From the NCBI RefSeq assembly GCF_009914755.1, contig NC_060935.1: a stretch of 64,000 bases of DNA; one strand, given 5' to 3'. The notes below the pieces were generated by a model. The model was not told the origin of the DNA. It searched no databases and saw only the letters and a list, made by a program, of their open reading frames with translations. Made by a program: the position numbers and the translations under genes. Position 1 is the stretch's first letter; every line of letters starts with the position of its first letter. This stretch comes from the human T2T-CHM13v2.0 reference genome, Homo sapiens. Positions 1-12,716 of the stretch are shown here, piece after piece.

Positions 1-9
1 GGTAGGTAT
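1..9 (+). other. EMSY: Probable 5' splice donor of the preceding EMSY exon (G|GTAGGT)
   Basis: The next exon needs one upstream G (G|GA = Gly) and the window opens with G-GTAGGT; the upstream exon is not visible. Confidence 0.4.
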
Positions 10-1856
10 ATCTGAAATATGTTAAAGGTATAGGTGGCCTTCATTGAGAGGAAAAAAAAAACTTACTTCATTGAAGGATTATATTTGATCTCAATTTTTT
101 GCTTAGAAATCTAAAGCTTTGTTTTAGTCCTTATGTTTCATGATTAAATAAAGTTTTTAGTTTTAATATTCAATATTCACATATAAAGCTTTTGATAGTT
201 TTAAAATGGAAAGAACCTTTAGTTGCTTTTAGTCAGAGTGGAAAGATTATAGTTTAAATTTGCATAGAGATTTTTCATTTGCAAAGTATCCTTCTATTTG
301 TCAACCTATTCAGACCCCATAACAACTCTGAGGTGGTTGCTATTGTGCTGAATTTACAAATGAAGATAGATTTGGCTTTAGAGAGATCAAATTGACCTGT
401 CCAAGACCAATTAGAGTTAGAAAGTGGAAGAACTCTTATTTGTTCTGAATATGTTTTAGGGAACATATCTCATAATTTCAATTACTGATGTCACTTTAGT
501 TTATTAAAAATAAAAATATTTGAATACTTTATTTGCCTTTTGCCATTTATATTAACTTTGCTTTTCAGAAATATTTTACTTTAATAGTGAAAGCCAACCA
601 TCTGCCTATTTATTGGTATATTGAAACCATACCTGGTTTTTATTGGCTCATTAATCTCTGCAGTTCTTGGGTTGTGGACCCTAATGTGGAATGTTAAAAT
701 GGCATCTGTTTTCATCGATTATTATTTTTAATTAAAATGATGTAAATAATCCCAGATTAAGCAAGACTGTAGACTTTAATTATCTACCATTTTTGTAGAC
801 AAGTCATATTTTGTATGCCCCAGGTGAGTTGTTCTAACATTTTAAAGTCAAGGGATTGAAGTTCCTGGCAGTAATTTGATGTTGCTGATAACTCAGGGAG
901 TTAAAAAAAAAGCAAAGCAGAGCATGATATTGGCATAAAGTGTTATATTTAAAGATGTTAATTTTGGCTCTACTTTTAAGTGTAAGTGAGAAAATCCGAT
1001 GTTTGCCAGACTGAGGAGGGTGAAACCAGTAGGGAAAGAATCATTGTACTCCAGCTTTTAAGAGGATACTTTAAATAACACAGTTAAAACTTAAATTGTA
1101 ATTTATTACTTGACAATATCTTTACATAGTATAAAGCACTTACTCAGTTAAACATTTGTCAAAAAGGGATCTTATATTTCATTGGGAGGTAGTTTTTTAT
1201 GACCTTAAGGATTTTTCTTTACTTATACATGAATTTATAGTTTCATATAGCTTGAAGGAATGTTTGGATGTCATGAGTCCTCTATTTTCAGACCTAATGC
1301 ATAATGTAGCTGCTTTGTACCTGGTTAGAGCAATACAAGCAAGCACATTTTCCTAAAAGCAGAGATGTCATTTGAAATTTATATATCTTATACATGTATA
1401 ATGTGTTATCCATCTTTGTATTGAATTATAAAACCATTCATGTTAGTTGCTACTTCAAGTGCATGAGTGTACATGAGTAGAGACTTTTCCAGCACTATAG
1501 GATATACTTGGCATACAGTTTAAACATACAGTTTAAACAACTTTATTCATTGTGTGGTGCTCATTATGTCTCTATCTCTGCTTCATTGACACTTTTATTC
1601 CAAAGAACTTCTTCTGGTTGCTCTAAACTGATCCTTATGTTACATCTCACTATTCTTTATAAAGACAATTTTCTTATTTTATAATATTGTTGATCCATGA
1701 TACTGGGATTATAGGTTAGTTTTAAAATCTTTCATTGCCTATTTATAGTAAACTGATAAGGCTGGTTGAATGAATTTACACAGTTTTCTGTCTTCATCCA
1801 TGAGCAGATGCTTTTTCTAGGGTCCCATCTTCCCCAAACAAAAAAGAAGTACTTTC

Positions 1857-2157
1857 TTTTTTTTTTTTTTTTTTTTTTAAGACAGAGTATCACTCTGTTG
1901 CCCAGGCCAGGGTGCAGTGGCATGATTGGCTCGTTACAGCGTCAGCCTCCTGGGCTCAAGCAATCCTGACACCTCAGCCTTCCAGGTAGCTAAGACTACA
2001 GGCCCACACCACCATGCTTGGCTAATTTTTGTAATTTTTCTAGAGACAGGGTTTTGCCATGTTACCCAGGCTGGTCTCAAACTCCTGAGTTGAAGCGATC
2101 TGCCCACCTTGGCCACCCAAAGTGCTGGGATTACAGGCATGAGCCACCATGCCTGGC
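1857..2157 (-). mobile_element. Alu (AluJ-like)
   Basis: Poly-T followed by antisense dimeric Alu consensus, heavily diverged. Confidence 0.92.
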
Positions 2158-2359
2158 TCTTTTCTTAAAATACACTCAAACATCTAGCTATAAGACTAGA
2201 AGGCTTAAAAAAAGATACTTTCCCTCTCATTGTGGGAGAATTTGGAAACTACAGCCAGGTTCAAAGAAAATTAAAAACCTTTGATTTTTACTATCCATAG
2301 GACTGTGTTAAAATTTAGGTATATTTCTTTTTATTCATTTTTCTATTCGTTTGTATAAA

Positions 2360-2370
2360 GTGTGTGTGTG

Positions 2371-2411
<41 letters not shown>

Positions 2412-2412
2412 T
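2360..2412. repeat. Compound microsatellite (TG)n(CG)n(TA)n plus T run
   Basis: Read directly. Confidence 0.95.
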
Positions 2413-2557
2413 AATTGGGATCTAATATAGTCAGATTTTATCCGTATTTCCTATAGTAATGTTATTTTCCCATGCTAGTAAATGTAGTTTGACATGCCCC
2501 CCTCATATTTAACCATTTTCTTATTGTAGCAAGTTTTAGGTTACTTATAGGCTGTCT

Positions 2558-2584
2558 TGTGTGTGTGTGTGTGTGTGTGTGTGT
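2558..2584. repeat. (TG)13 microsatellite
   Basis: Read directly. Confidence 0.95.
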
Positions 2585-2766
2585 CATTATAAATAATTCT
2601 ATGACGAACATTATTATACATAAATTATTTTGTGGAATTCTTACTTCCTCTGTATAAATATCCTAGAATGCAAGTTAATGCTTCCAAAGTACTTTCTAGA
2701 AAGTTCTTTTTATTAGAACAAGTAATTAAATGGAAGCCATGACTATCTTTGTAGTTGATTCATATC

Positions 2767-3065
2767 TTTTTTTTTTTTTTTTTGAGACAGACTCCTGCTG
2801 TGTCACCTAGGCTGGAATGCAGTGGTGTGATCTCTGCTCACTGCTACCCCCGCCTCCCAGGTTCAAGCAATTCTCCTGCCTCAGCCTCCTGAGTAGCTGG
2901 GATTACAGGCGCCTGCCACCACGCTCGGCTAATTTTTGTATTTTTAGTAGAGACAGGGTTTCACCATGTTGGCCAGGATGATGTCAAACTCCTGACCTCA
3001 GGTGATCCACCTGACTTGGGCTCCCAAAGTGCTGGTATTATAGGCGTCAGTTACTGCGCCTGGCC
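2767..3065 (-). mobile_element. AluS
   Basis: Full antisense Alu; target-site duplication (TSD) ATTCATAT at 2758 and 3067. Confidence 0.95.
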
Positions 3066-5177
3066 AATTCATATTTTATAGCGTCAAATATTTATTTACA
3101 TGTGTATACATTAGATTATCAGATTTGTAAGTTTTTTTGTGAGCTTTGTTGAGGGTTAGATGAATAATTACATTGGATTCTTCAGAGTTGAACTCACTAC
3201 CTTGATTCTAAGGACGTTATGAGAACCTGTGACAACAGCAAAACTTTAATTCTCCTAATCTTTAGTACAGTGTCCAGGAAAGGAGCTATTGTTTTTGCAC
3301 TTTTTCATTCGTTCATTCTTTGAGCAAAGCAACATAAAACATTACCTAAGAGACCAAGATTGTCAGGTGATTTTAGAATCTGTAAATAGAATAGTAAAAT
3401 CTGAGCCAATAAATTTGTGTTCTTCTTTAAGCCTACCTATTATAATGCCCAAACTTTTACAGGGATCTTTTTAAAAAATAAGAATGCCTGGAATGCATCA
3501 ATATCATAGTTCATTATTATCTAAATGGGATATACAGTTATTTGCACCCATTATATCTCGATTGTTTTATAAGTGAAGATTATATAGGTGGGTCCTTCTG
3601 ATATGCTACGAGCCAGATACTCTGCTGTGTGTTGTGATACAGAGGAATATATACATGAGTTTTATTATCTGCCCTAAGGAATGCTAAACAAGTGAACTTG
3701 TATAATTTTGCTGTAACATGGGAACAGAAGTCCACTGTGAAAGCATAGAGGGTGACTTTTTTTTAATGAGTAATACTTCTTCAATGTAATGTATTTATCC
3801 CCTGATACAGAAACATGTTCACTAGAATTTCAGAAATTTATAATTGATCATTCTATCAATTATAAATTATATTCTATTTTAATATAATGTTAGACTTGCT
3901 TTTCCTTATGCTATTCCTTTTTCTTCTATTTTCTGACATTTGCCCCCCCACCACATTTTGTTAAACTTGTGGACTTGGTTTGCAACTATCATATAAATTG
4001 AAAAACCTCTGTAATGGAAGGGATTAGACATTTTAGTAGGTAAAAATATAATTCATTTGTTAAGCAAGTTTTGTCAAAAAGTGGTCCTTGTACTTTGGTA
4101 TAAAGTCAAAAGCATAGTAAATCATGTCAAAAGAGGTCTGTATGAAACCATGTCAAAAAAGGTCTATAGAGTTAATCACATGTGAGGGATTAAAGTTAAT
4201 TAAGAGTTAAAGTTAGTATAAGTGAATCATGGGCAGCTTGGTTTTTGAAGTTCTTAACAGCTGACTGTTCAGAGACTACAAATAAATGGAAAAACAGTTG
4301 TGAAGCTAGTTCATAGATTAAAATGCTCTTTTATGTAACCTCAGAGCATGTTACCTTGGACTAATGAGACATATAATGGCAAATATATTGTAAAGACATT
4401 TTTTGTAGCAGTGTTGCCAAAATTAACATATAACTAGAATATTCTTATTCTTAGTGTAACTTTGTATACACTAAGTTTACACAAACTTAGTGTAAGTTTG
4501 TATAAAACTTAAGGAATATTAAGGTTTTCCAGTGGAAAATAATAAAATTGTGTTTAATTATTTTTTGAAGACATATTGCTCATGTTTTTACTAAGTAATA
4601 ATTCTGTGCTTAGTCATTTGATAAATGATATGTAGGCCTATAGAAGAAGAACTTGACATGCCTCTTTTCATAAGCAGAGGAAATTACAGGAGCAAAAGTA
4701 GCATTGGAATTTGTATGCTCAAAGACCAATGTGGAAACCAGCACATTAAAGGAGAGGCGTATGTTAGTTAATTCTAAAAATTAAGGTCTGACAAAGCCTG
4801 GAAAGCTAGGCAGAGGAGTTTGGGCTTTGTGTGGTAGGTAACGGGAAGCCATAATGAAGAAGTTACTTCTTAGATCAAAGTTTATGGTGTGTACTCTGGA
4901 GTACATGCTAATTAGATCAAAATGGTAGATTAAGGGACAGATTATATATTAATAGGATTTTGAAACATGAGGGAAAGTTAGAACTGGGAATGAAATGGGA
5001 AATTAGGGAATTTAACCAGTTGACATGTTTCAGGTTCTTGGCATGATAAGTTTAGTTTTTTAAGGATGTAATTGTCATCCACTGTGCTAAGCACTGAGGA
5101 ATCATAAAAAGGTACAGTGTGGAGATTAAGGGGCTTTCATCTTGTTGAGAGGTATAGGGAGTTAAGACGAGGAAACA

Positions 5178-5748
5178 GGCCAAGCCTGGTGGCTCATGCC
5201 TGTAATTCCAACAATTTGGGAGGCTGAAGCAGGAGGATCCCTTGAGGCCAGGAGTTCAAGACCAACCTGGGTAATGTAGTAAGACCCCATCTCTACCAAA
5301 AAATACAGAAATTAGCCAGGCATGGTGGCACATACCTGTAGTCCTAGGTACCTAAGAGGCTGAGATGGGAGGATTGTGTGAGCCCAGGAGTTGAAGCCTG
5401 CAGTAGATATGATCATGCCTCTGCACTCCAGCCTGGTAACAGAGTGAGACCCTGTTTCTCTTAAAAAAAAAAAAAAAAAAGTCCAGGCACAGTGGCTTAC
5501 ACCTGTAGTCCCAACACTTCGTGAAGCTGAGGCAGGAGGATCACTTGAACCTAGGAGTTTGAGACCAGCCAGCAGCCAGGGCAACATAGTGAGACCTTAT
5601 CTCTATAAAAAATCAAAAAGTAAGGTGGGAGGACCACTTGAGCTCAGAAGGTCAAGGCTGCAATGAGCTGTGGTTGCTCCACTCCACTCCCGTCTGGGTG
5701 ACACAGCAAGACCTTGCCTTAAAAAAAATAAATAAATAAAAATAAAAT
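5178..5748 (+). mobile_element. Two head-to-tail AluJ-like elements (5178-5480 and 5481-5748; the second is internally deleted)
   Basis: Two Alu starts and two A tails; outer flanks AAGACGAGGAAACA and AAGACAAGGAACAA. Confidence 0.9.
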
Positions 5749-6023
5749 TTTTTGAAAAAGAGAAGAAGACAAGGAACAAATCAAAGATTTGCGCCAGAAT
5801 TTACAACTGAAGGTTGGAAGGTAGATTTGATAGGTAGAAGAGAAGCCAATTATGGAAGGATGTGTGGGAGAGGGCAAAGTAATACTGTGTTTGGATCAGT
5901 AGGTATAGACCTATTAGATAGATCTTAATAATTGACAATATAAGTTTATATATGCAAATTAGAGTTTTATCCTCACATTCTCCAGAGTGCTACAGATTAC
6001 AAAAGCATACATTGAATCTGTGA

Positions 6024-6404
<381 letters not shown>

Positions 6405-6849
6405 TAAATTTTTTCTAGAGCCTAGTGTTATGTAAATTTAAGCATTTACTTCATGTTCTTTTTTGAAGGATTTTCCCATCACTTCAGTCACATATAATAC
6501 TGGGTTTGGGGGAAATACATGTCATGGAATAGAGATTGTGATTTGTTTCTTTTAACTAGTCAGACAAAGAATATTGATGGTAAAACTGTTGTTCTTAGAT
6601 TCTGAGTTTTGTGTATAGGTTCTCAGATTCTAAAAAGATGACTGCTTTAACTGTAAATTCTTAATATTCTCTCATTCTGGTATGACTTATAACTTACTAT
6701 TCCAAGCCTTCATTTTCATCATCTTGACAGCTTTCATGTCATCTAGGAATGACATTTACTATATGTACTAATTGTGTATAATATAAACAAAAATAACCAA
6801 GTATCTCTAGTCCTTAACTCAGGCCTCCTTTTCTTCCCCCTTTTCTAAG

Positions 6850-6986
6850 GAACGACTACCAAAATCACTACAATCCCAATGACTTCCAAGCCCAACGTGA
6901 TTGTTGTACAAAAGACTACAGGAAAAGGAACGACCATTCAAGGCCTCCCGGGCAAAAATGTTGTCACAACGTTGCTAAATGCTGGA
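6850..6986 (+). CDS. EMSY: EMSY internal coding exon ((G)TTTKITTIPMTSKPNVIVVQKTTGKGTTIQGLPGKNVVTTLLNAG), phase 1 to 0
   Basis: Pyrimidine tract plus AG at 6848-6849; donor GGA|GTAAGT at 6987; open frame matches recalled EMSY protein and joins the next exon in frame. Confidence 0.95.
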
Positions 6987-7457
6987 GTAAGTGAGAGCTT
7001 CAACTGCAGACTTAGCAATTCACAGAGGATTTAAAGACCAGCTATATAAATATTTGCACAAGGACTTGAGAAGCCCACAATAGCCAGAATGGCTTGGTTT
7101 ACCACTGCTGGGATATAACAACTGTTAAAGCACCACCAACTGATGCCATTTTTCACAGTAATTTCTAAAGCATGTTGCCCATACTTGCTCATAGCTAGGT
7201 TGCTTGTGACCATGATTTAGATGCTTAGCTTTGTCCAGATAGAGAATTCCATTGGCTTAACTGTAGGGGGACTTCAGTTGGAGCACTGTTTTATTCCTGC
7301 TTATGGTCAATAGATACTGACTTAGTATTTGGCTTAGGGTGGGCAAAGAGAAATATGTGGGATTAAGACTAAATTAATTGATGGGGATTTGTTACTTTCT
7401 TTTTTTTTTTTTTTTTTTTTCATTTTTACCTCTTTGAGCTGTTAAAAAATAAAATCA

Positions 7458-7768
7458 GACTGGGTGTGGTGGCACATGTCTGTAATCCCAGCTGGTTGGG
7501 AGGCTGAGGTGGGAGAATCGCTTTAGCCCAGGAGTTCAAGACCAGCCTTGGCAACAAAGCAAGACCCCCACCTCTACCAAAATTTATTTTAAAACTTAAC
7601 CAGGTGTAGTAGCATGCACCTGTAGTCCCAGTTACTTGGGAGGCTAAGGTGGGAGGATCACATGAGCCCGGGAGTTTGAGGCTGCTATGAGCCATGATCA
7701 TGCCACTGCACTCCAGACTGGGCAACAGAGTGAGACCTTGCCTCAAACAAAAAATAAATAAATAAATA
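7458..7768 (+). mobile_element. AluJ
   Basis: Sense Alu with (AAAT)n tail. Confidence 0.92.
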
Positions 7769-7789
7769 ACAGATTCATTTATAGTTCTG

Positions 7790-8010
7790 AAGGCAGTTGG
7801 TAGGAGGGTTGGAGTTAGACAAAACAGGGCTTTGTTTCTCCATATTGTAGTTGTTTGACCTTGGGTGACATACTCAACCTCTCTCATTCTTAATTTCCTC
7901 ATGTGTACATTGGGATTGATGATCTTTACCAGTGAGGTTGTTTAGTAACTGGTAGCTATTGTGAAAGTGCTTAGAATAGTGCCTGGCCCATAAGAAGTCC
8001 TCAATCATTG
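7790..8010 (+). mobile_element. MIR fragment
   Basis: gaccttgggtgaca...tttcctcat...gtgcttagaatagtgcctggc core. Confidence 0.7.
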
Positions 8011-8436
8011 ATTTTCTTCTTGTTATTCTTGGTACTTACCTGTTTAGGCTTGTTAGTGTCCCTACCTTGCCTAACTTCACTAGAACATGGATTGCTATAC
8101 TTCACTTAAATAGATCTCATAAAAGCTTCATTGGTAGGGGTCCAGCATTAGATTTTTTCAATGTGTGGGAAAACAGATTGCTCCTAGCCTGAATTTACAT
8201 AGTAAGCCAAAAGTAAAGCCAGGATTAGAATTCAGATTTTCAGAACCCTTTGTAATATGGTTTGCAATTTCAAAGAACTTGATATGTAAGAGGGGATGCT
8301 TTGTATTCTAGGCCCTGTGGTCACAAAGATCCAAGAGTCATGTATGATTCATAGCTGTTAGATATCTCTGATAACAACCGTTTGACACAGGCAGCTCTAG
8401 TAAAACAAGCAAATCAACGTATAAGACCGTTTTCTG

Positions 8437-8710
8437 GGCTGGGTGTGGAGGCTTATGCCTGTAATCCCAGCAATTTGGGAAGGCAAGGCAGGTGGATCAC
8501 TTGAGCCCAAGAGTTTGAGACCAGCCTGAGCAACATGGTGAAACTCCGTATCTACAAAATTACAAAAATTAGCGTGAAGGTGTGCACCTATAGTCCCAGC
8601 TACTTGGGAGGCTGAGGTGGAGGATCACTTGAGCCTGGGAGGCAGAGGTTGCAGTGAGCTGAGATCTTGCCACTGTACTCCAGCCTGGGTGACAGAGCAA
8701 GACTCTGCCA
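8437..8710 (+). mobile_element. Alu (J/S) with degenerate tail
   Basis: Dimeric Alu body; tail replaced by C-rich sequence. Confidence 0.9.
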
Positions 8711-10156
8711 CTGCCACCCCCGCCAAAGACCACATAGGCACAATCACCTCTACTCACCACTTGCTCACCTATGCATGCCCACAACACACATCAGAAGAGC
8801 TTTTTTGAAAAACAGGCTGCTAGTTGGTTTTGTTTGGCTTGAATGGGTCATACTTGGCCAGGGTCCATTGAGCTATTTAATAGATAGGTGTGGTCACTTG
8901 CAAACTAGTGGCTCTTGGCAAATGAACTAGAGCTCTTTCCAGAGATGGTGCTGGGAAGAGTATGCATGTGTTGAAATAAGTAATAACACCATTGGCAGAT
9001 GCTTCATGTTTCCCTTAAGTAATTACAGCAGATAGTTAAAATTGTGATTTTTGTAATTATATTTAGCTCTGAATTCACAATGATTGCTTTTTAGCCAGCT
9101 CACGTGGGTGCTTTGTTTTTACTGGCTGCTAAGTTTAGATAGGCACACGTTTAGATGATGCTGGCTAAAAATTAAGAAAAACTGATGAGGTGAAAATTCT
9201 CAAATCTTTTCATTTCCATCTTAAGTTTATGGATTTTAATTTTAAAAATTTTAATAATTTAGTAAAGTCACTGTATTTGAACTTAATTTAGTTAAGTTCA
9301 TGTAAAAAGATGTTGATTTCATGAGTGACCAGAAAATGGTACTTAAGAATAAAGTAGATGAAAGTATAGAAAATGATGAAAAGTTAATGGATATAAGCTA
9401 TCTAGTTAATAGACTAAAAGGATATTAGTAATATATGAATAGTAAAACATAGGAAGCACTCTGAGTTTTCCCTTCCTTTTTTTCTATATGTAACCTTATA
9501 TATTATTAACAATATATAACATTCTTTCCTCATGGCATATGTTCATCAAATTTTTCCTATATATAACCTTAGAAAGAATGTTAATACCTCTGCTGATTTT
9601 GCTTGCCCATACTTTTTCATGTAGACATTCTACTATATATCCTTATAATTTCATATATGTAGAACTTAGGGGATGTATTTTATGTGTGTGCATTTAGCTA
9701 CTGGTATATTGCACAGTAATTTTCTAATTACACAAATACTTATTTCAGATAAATTAGAAAATAAATATGTATGTGGGGGTTAAGACTTATAATCCCAATT
9801 CTTAGAGACAAGCATTAGCAGTGTACTATACCTTCTTCCAGAATTTTCTGACTATTATAATATATGTATTCCATTAATGGGATAGTGTAATAAGTATTTT
9901 TGCATGTGGTAATTTTTTAAAATTCGCTCATCAGAGAATAATTAATTCCTTCTTTGGGTAGAAAGTTGGTCAGATGACTTTCTATATCATTTCAACCAAG
10001 TCTACGATTTTTGATTTCCTGGAAACATTATACTTTGTTACATAATCTACAGCCCTTTTTTCATCATCCTGGTAAAACCTTACTGATTTTTCAGTGAGAG
10101 GACTTTATCATTTATATGCATATAAATCTCTTATATAATCATTGACTTCAATTTAG

Positions 10157-10330
10157 GGAGAAAAGACTATTCAGACAGTGCCAACAGGAGCAAAGCCAGC
10201 TATCCTTACTGCTACAAGACCCATCACCAAAATGATTGTAACGCAGCCAAAAGGAATAGGTTCTACAGTTCAACCAGCAGCTAAAATCATCCCAACAAAA
10301 ATTGTTTATGGGCAGCAAGGGAAAACGCAG
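10157..10330 (+). CDS. EMSY: EMSY coding exon (GEKTIQTVPTGAKPAIL...VYGQQGKTQ), 174 nt, phase 0-0
   Basis: tttag| acceptor at 10155-10156; CAG|GTATGC donor; 58 open codons. Confidence 0.95.
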
Positions 10331-11962
10331 GTATGCTATAAGATATGATGATTTTTCTTGGCTCTTAAATATTTTCAATTCTTATAATTCCCGGGTAGAA
10401 ATTTGAAGGAAAAGATCAGCAATCTTTAAGAAATCAGATTGTTAAAAGTTATGTTTGAATGTGTTAATTATTCAAGTATTGTCAAAACTTCATTTATCTT
10501 TTCAGTACTTTCTTAAAGATACCTAAATGTGTATGTTGTGCTATCAGCAAAGATTATGGGGAAATAATTACCTAGGAATACAATTTGCTGAAGGTGTATT
10601 TTGTGATTTGAGGGGGGTGGTTGAGGGAGGATCATAGTCATTCAGAATCACTCAAAGAAAAATATTTACTTTTTATAAGCTACCATGGCCTTCAAAAGCA
10701 TTTTATTTACTTATAAAATTAGCTTTGCTTGAACCCTTGAACAATAGATAAGCTAGAGTTGTATTTATTTTTTAACCAATAGAAGATAAGGGAACTTTTC
10801 TGAAAATTTGCCTTGGAATTTGAGGCTCAGGATCTAATCATATGTTGCTAGGCTACTGTTTATTTTGTAGGTATTTTGCTTTTCTGAGAATATCGAGGGA
10901 AGCACTATTAGTTTCGGTTGAGAAATGCCATCCTAGAATTTTTGTAAGAGGTATTAATGTACCTATAAACTACTAATTTACTTTTAGAATCTGTTCTCTC
11001 AGAATTATAGCCAAATACTTTACGTATCTAAAAAAAAAATAAGCTTTGTGACAAGTCCAAATTGCCTATGGAGTTTAATTGTAATAATTTCATTTGCTTC
11101 ATCTAAAGTATGTTTTCCTTCTTAACTCTTGGAAATGGGTAACTTAACAGAGTCTGAGAAATTTTAGAATCTTATATGTGGTAGAAACAAAAATAATTAT
11201 GAGTTAATAGTTTTTATTCCATGGACCCAATTGAAATTAACTCCTAGAGTTCAGATTTTGAAGTAGAATGGCCCAGTTTGAAAATTTTCTCCCATTTCAC
11301 TTGTTTCACTGTTTGTTTTTAACTTTTGCCAGGAGCTGATCCAACACATGTTCCATGTTGCTTCTGATAGTTGTCAAATCAATATTCATCTGGGGTTTCT
11401 TCAAAGATAGGGCCCAAGCAAGTTTTACTTTTTGCAGGTGTGTCAATTAGGAATTTGATTTAGTTTCTAATGAAAAAAAAAAAGAAAAGAAAAAAAACTT
11501 GAAGAACACTCGCTCAAACAGATTAGGGTTTTATTTTTATTATATTAATAAAAGTTCAGAGGGAGGAAGTCCTGGACTGATACTGCAGCACAAAAATTCC
11601 ACTGGGAATCTAGACTCCTTGTGTCTTTTTGTTCTGCCATCCTCAGCTTGTGGATATCATTTTACTATATAGTCTACAGATTATAAAATGACTCCTGAAG
11701 TTGTAGGCAAACAGGCACAAAGGTTCTTGTCAGAATCATGGCTATTGCACTCTGGCATGTACCACTTAAAACATTGTATATGGCTTACACTGTAATTTGT
11801 TTGTAGATTGAATTACCCTTTGATGAGCAATGCTGTGCCTAAAAAGTATAACGTACAGAATAGTTTCCATACCAGGAAAATATTAGTTTATGACCTAGAA
11901 GTTTAGCATTTTTAAATCGTTTTCTAAAATTTTATCTCAGTATATTTCTGCTTTTCTCCTAG

Positions 11963-12161
11963 GTTCTTATTAAACCCAAACCAGTGACTTTTCAAGCGAC
12001 AGTTGTTAGTGAACAAACAAGACAGCTAGTAACAGAAACATTACAGCAAGCATCCAGGGTAGCAGAGGCTGGTAATTCATCTATTCAGGAAGGAAAAGAA
12101 GAACCACAGAATTATACAGATAGTAGTTCCTCTTCTACAGAGTCCTCCCAGAGTTCCCAAG
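11963..12161 (+). CDS. EMSY: EMSY coding exon (VLIKPKPVTFQATVVSEQ...SSTESSQSSQ), 199 nt, phase 0-1
   Basis: cttttctcctag| acceptor; AAG|GTAAGA donor; overlaps ORF 11984..12202. Confidence 0.95.
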
Positions 12162-12595
12162 GTAAGATCTATTTTACTTCTGATTTATATAAGTACTACT
12201 GACATAGTGCCCAAATTCTAAAATAGAGGTTGCTTCTACACATTTCACAACAAATTTGTATGCTCTATCAATTCTTTTCCTTTTTTTTTTTTTTTTTTAT
12301 TGTTTGATGTTAAATCGGTGAGCTGAAATTTTATTTTTGGTAAAGGTTACCATTCTTTCCTGCATGGAATATGTTCATCAAATAATTAACTTTAGATGAT
12401 GAATCTGTCAGGTAGGTAATATTAAACTGGATAGAGTTATGATTCCCAGATGGTAATTTTCATATTCTTCCTCTCTGGTTTGGGTAAGTAGGAGAAAACG
12501 TATGTAAAGAAGTGAATATATATTTTGAAATGGTTATTGCTATACCCTGAGAAAGAATCAAGGTGGTCAGAGGTAGACTGTAAGTGGGCTGTAAG

Positions 12596-12716
12596 TAGGG
12601 TGACTATACATTCCAATTTGCATGGGACAAGTCCTAGTTTATGTTGTTCTGGCACAATTATTAAAGTACTCCCTTTCACTCTGAAAAGTATCCCAGATAA
12701 TCATATGGTTGTCCTA
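12596..12716 (+). mobile_element. MER94-like hAT-Blackjack MITE
   Basis: TAGGGTGACTATA...ATATGGTTGTCCTA terminal inverted repeats and internal ccctttcactctgaaaagt match the recalled MER94 consensus. Confidence 0.75.

Noticed and set aside
1512-1539. 13-bp tandem duplication CATACAGTTTAAA x2 (similar ones at 33451-33490 and 53723-53812)
   Set aside because: Ordinary slippage duplications, two of them inside decayed repeats; not CRISPR-like (no spacers, eukaryotic context).
8700-8735. Alu with a C-rich stretch instead of a poly-A tail
   Set aside because: Most simply tail decay; too short to call a transduction.
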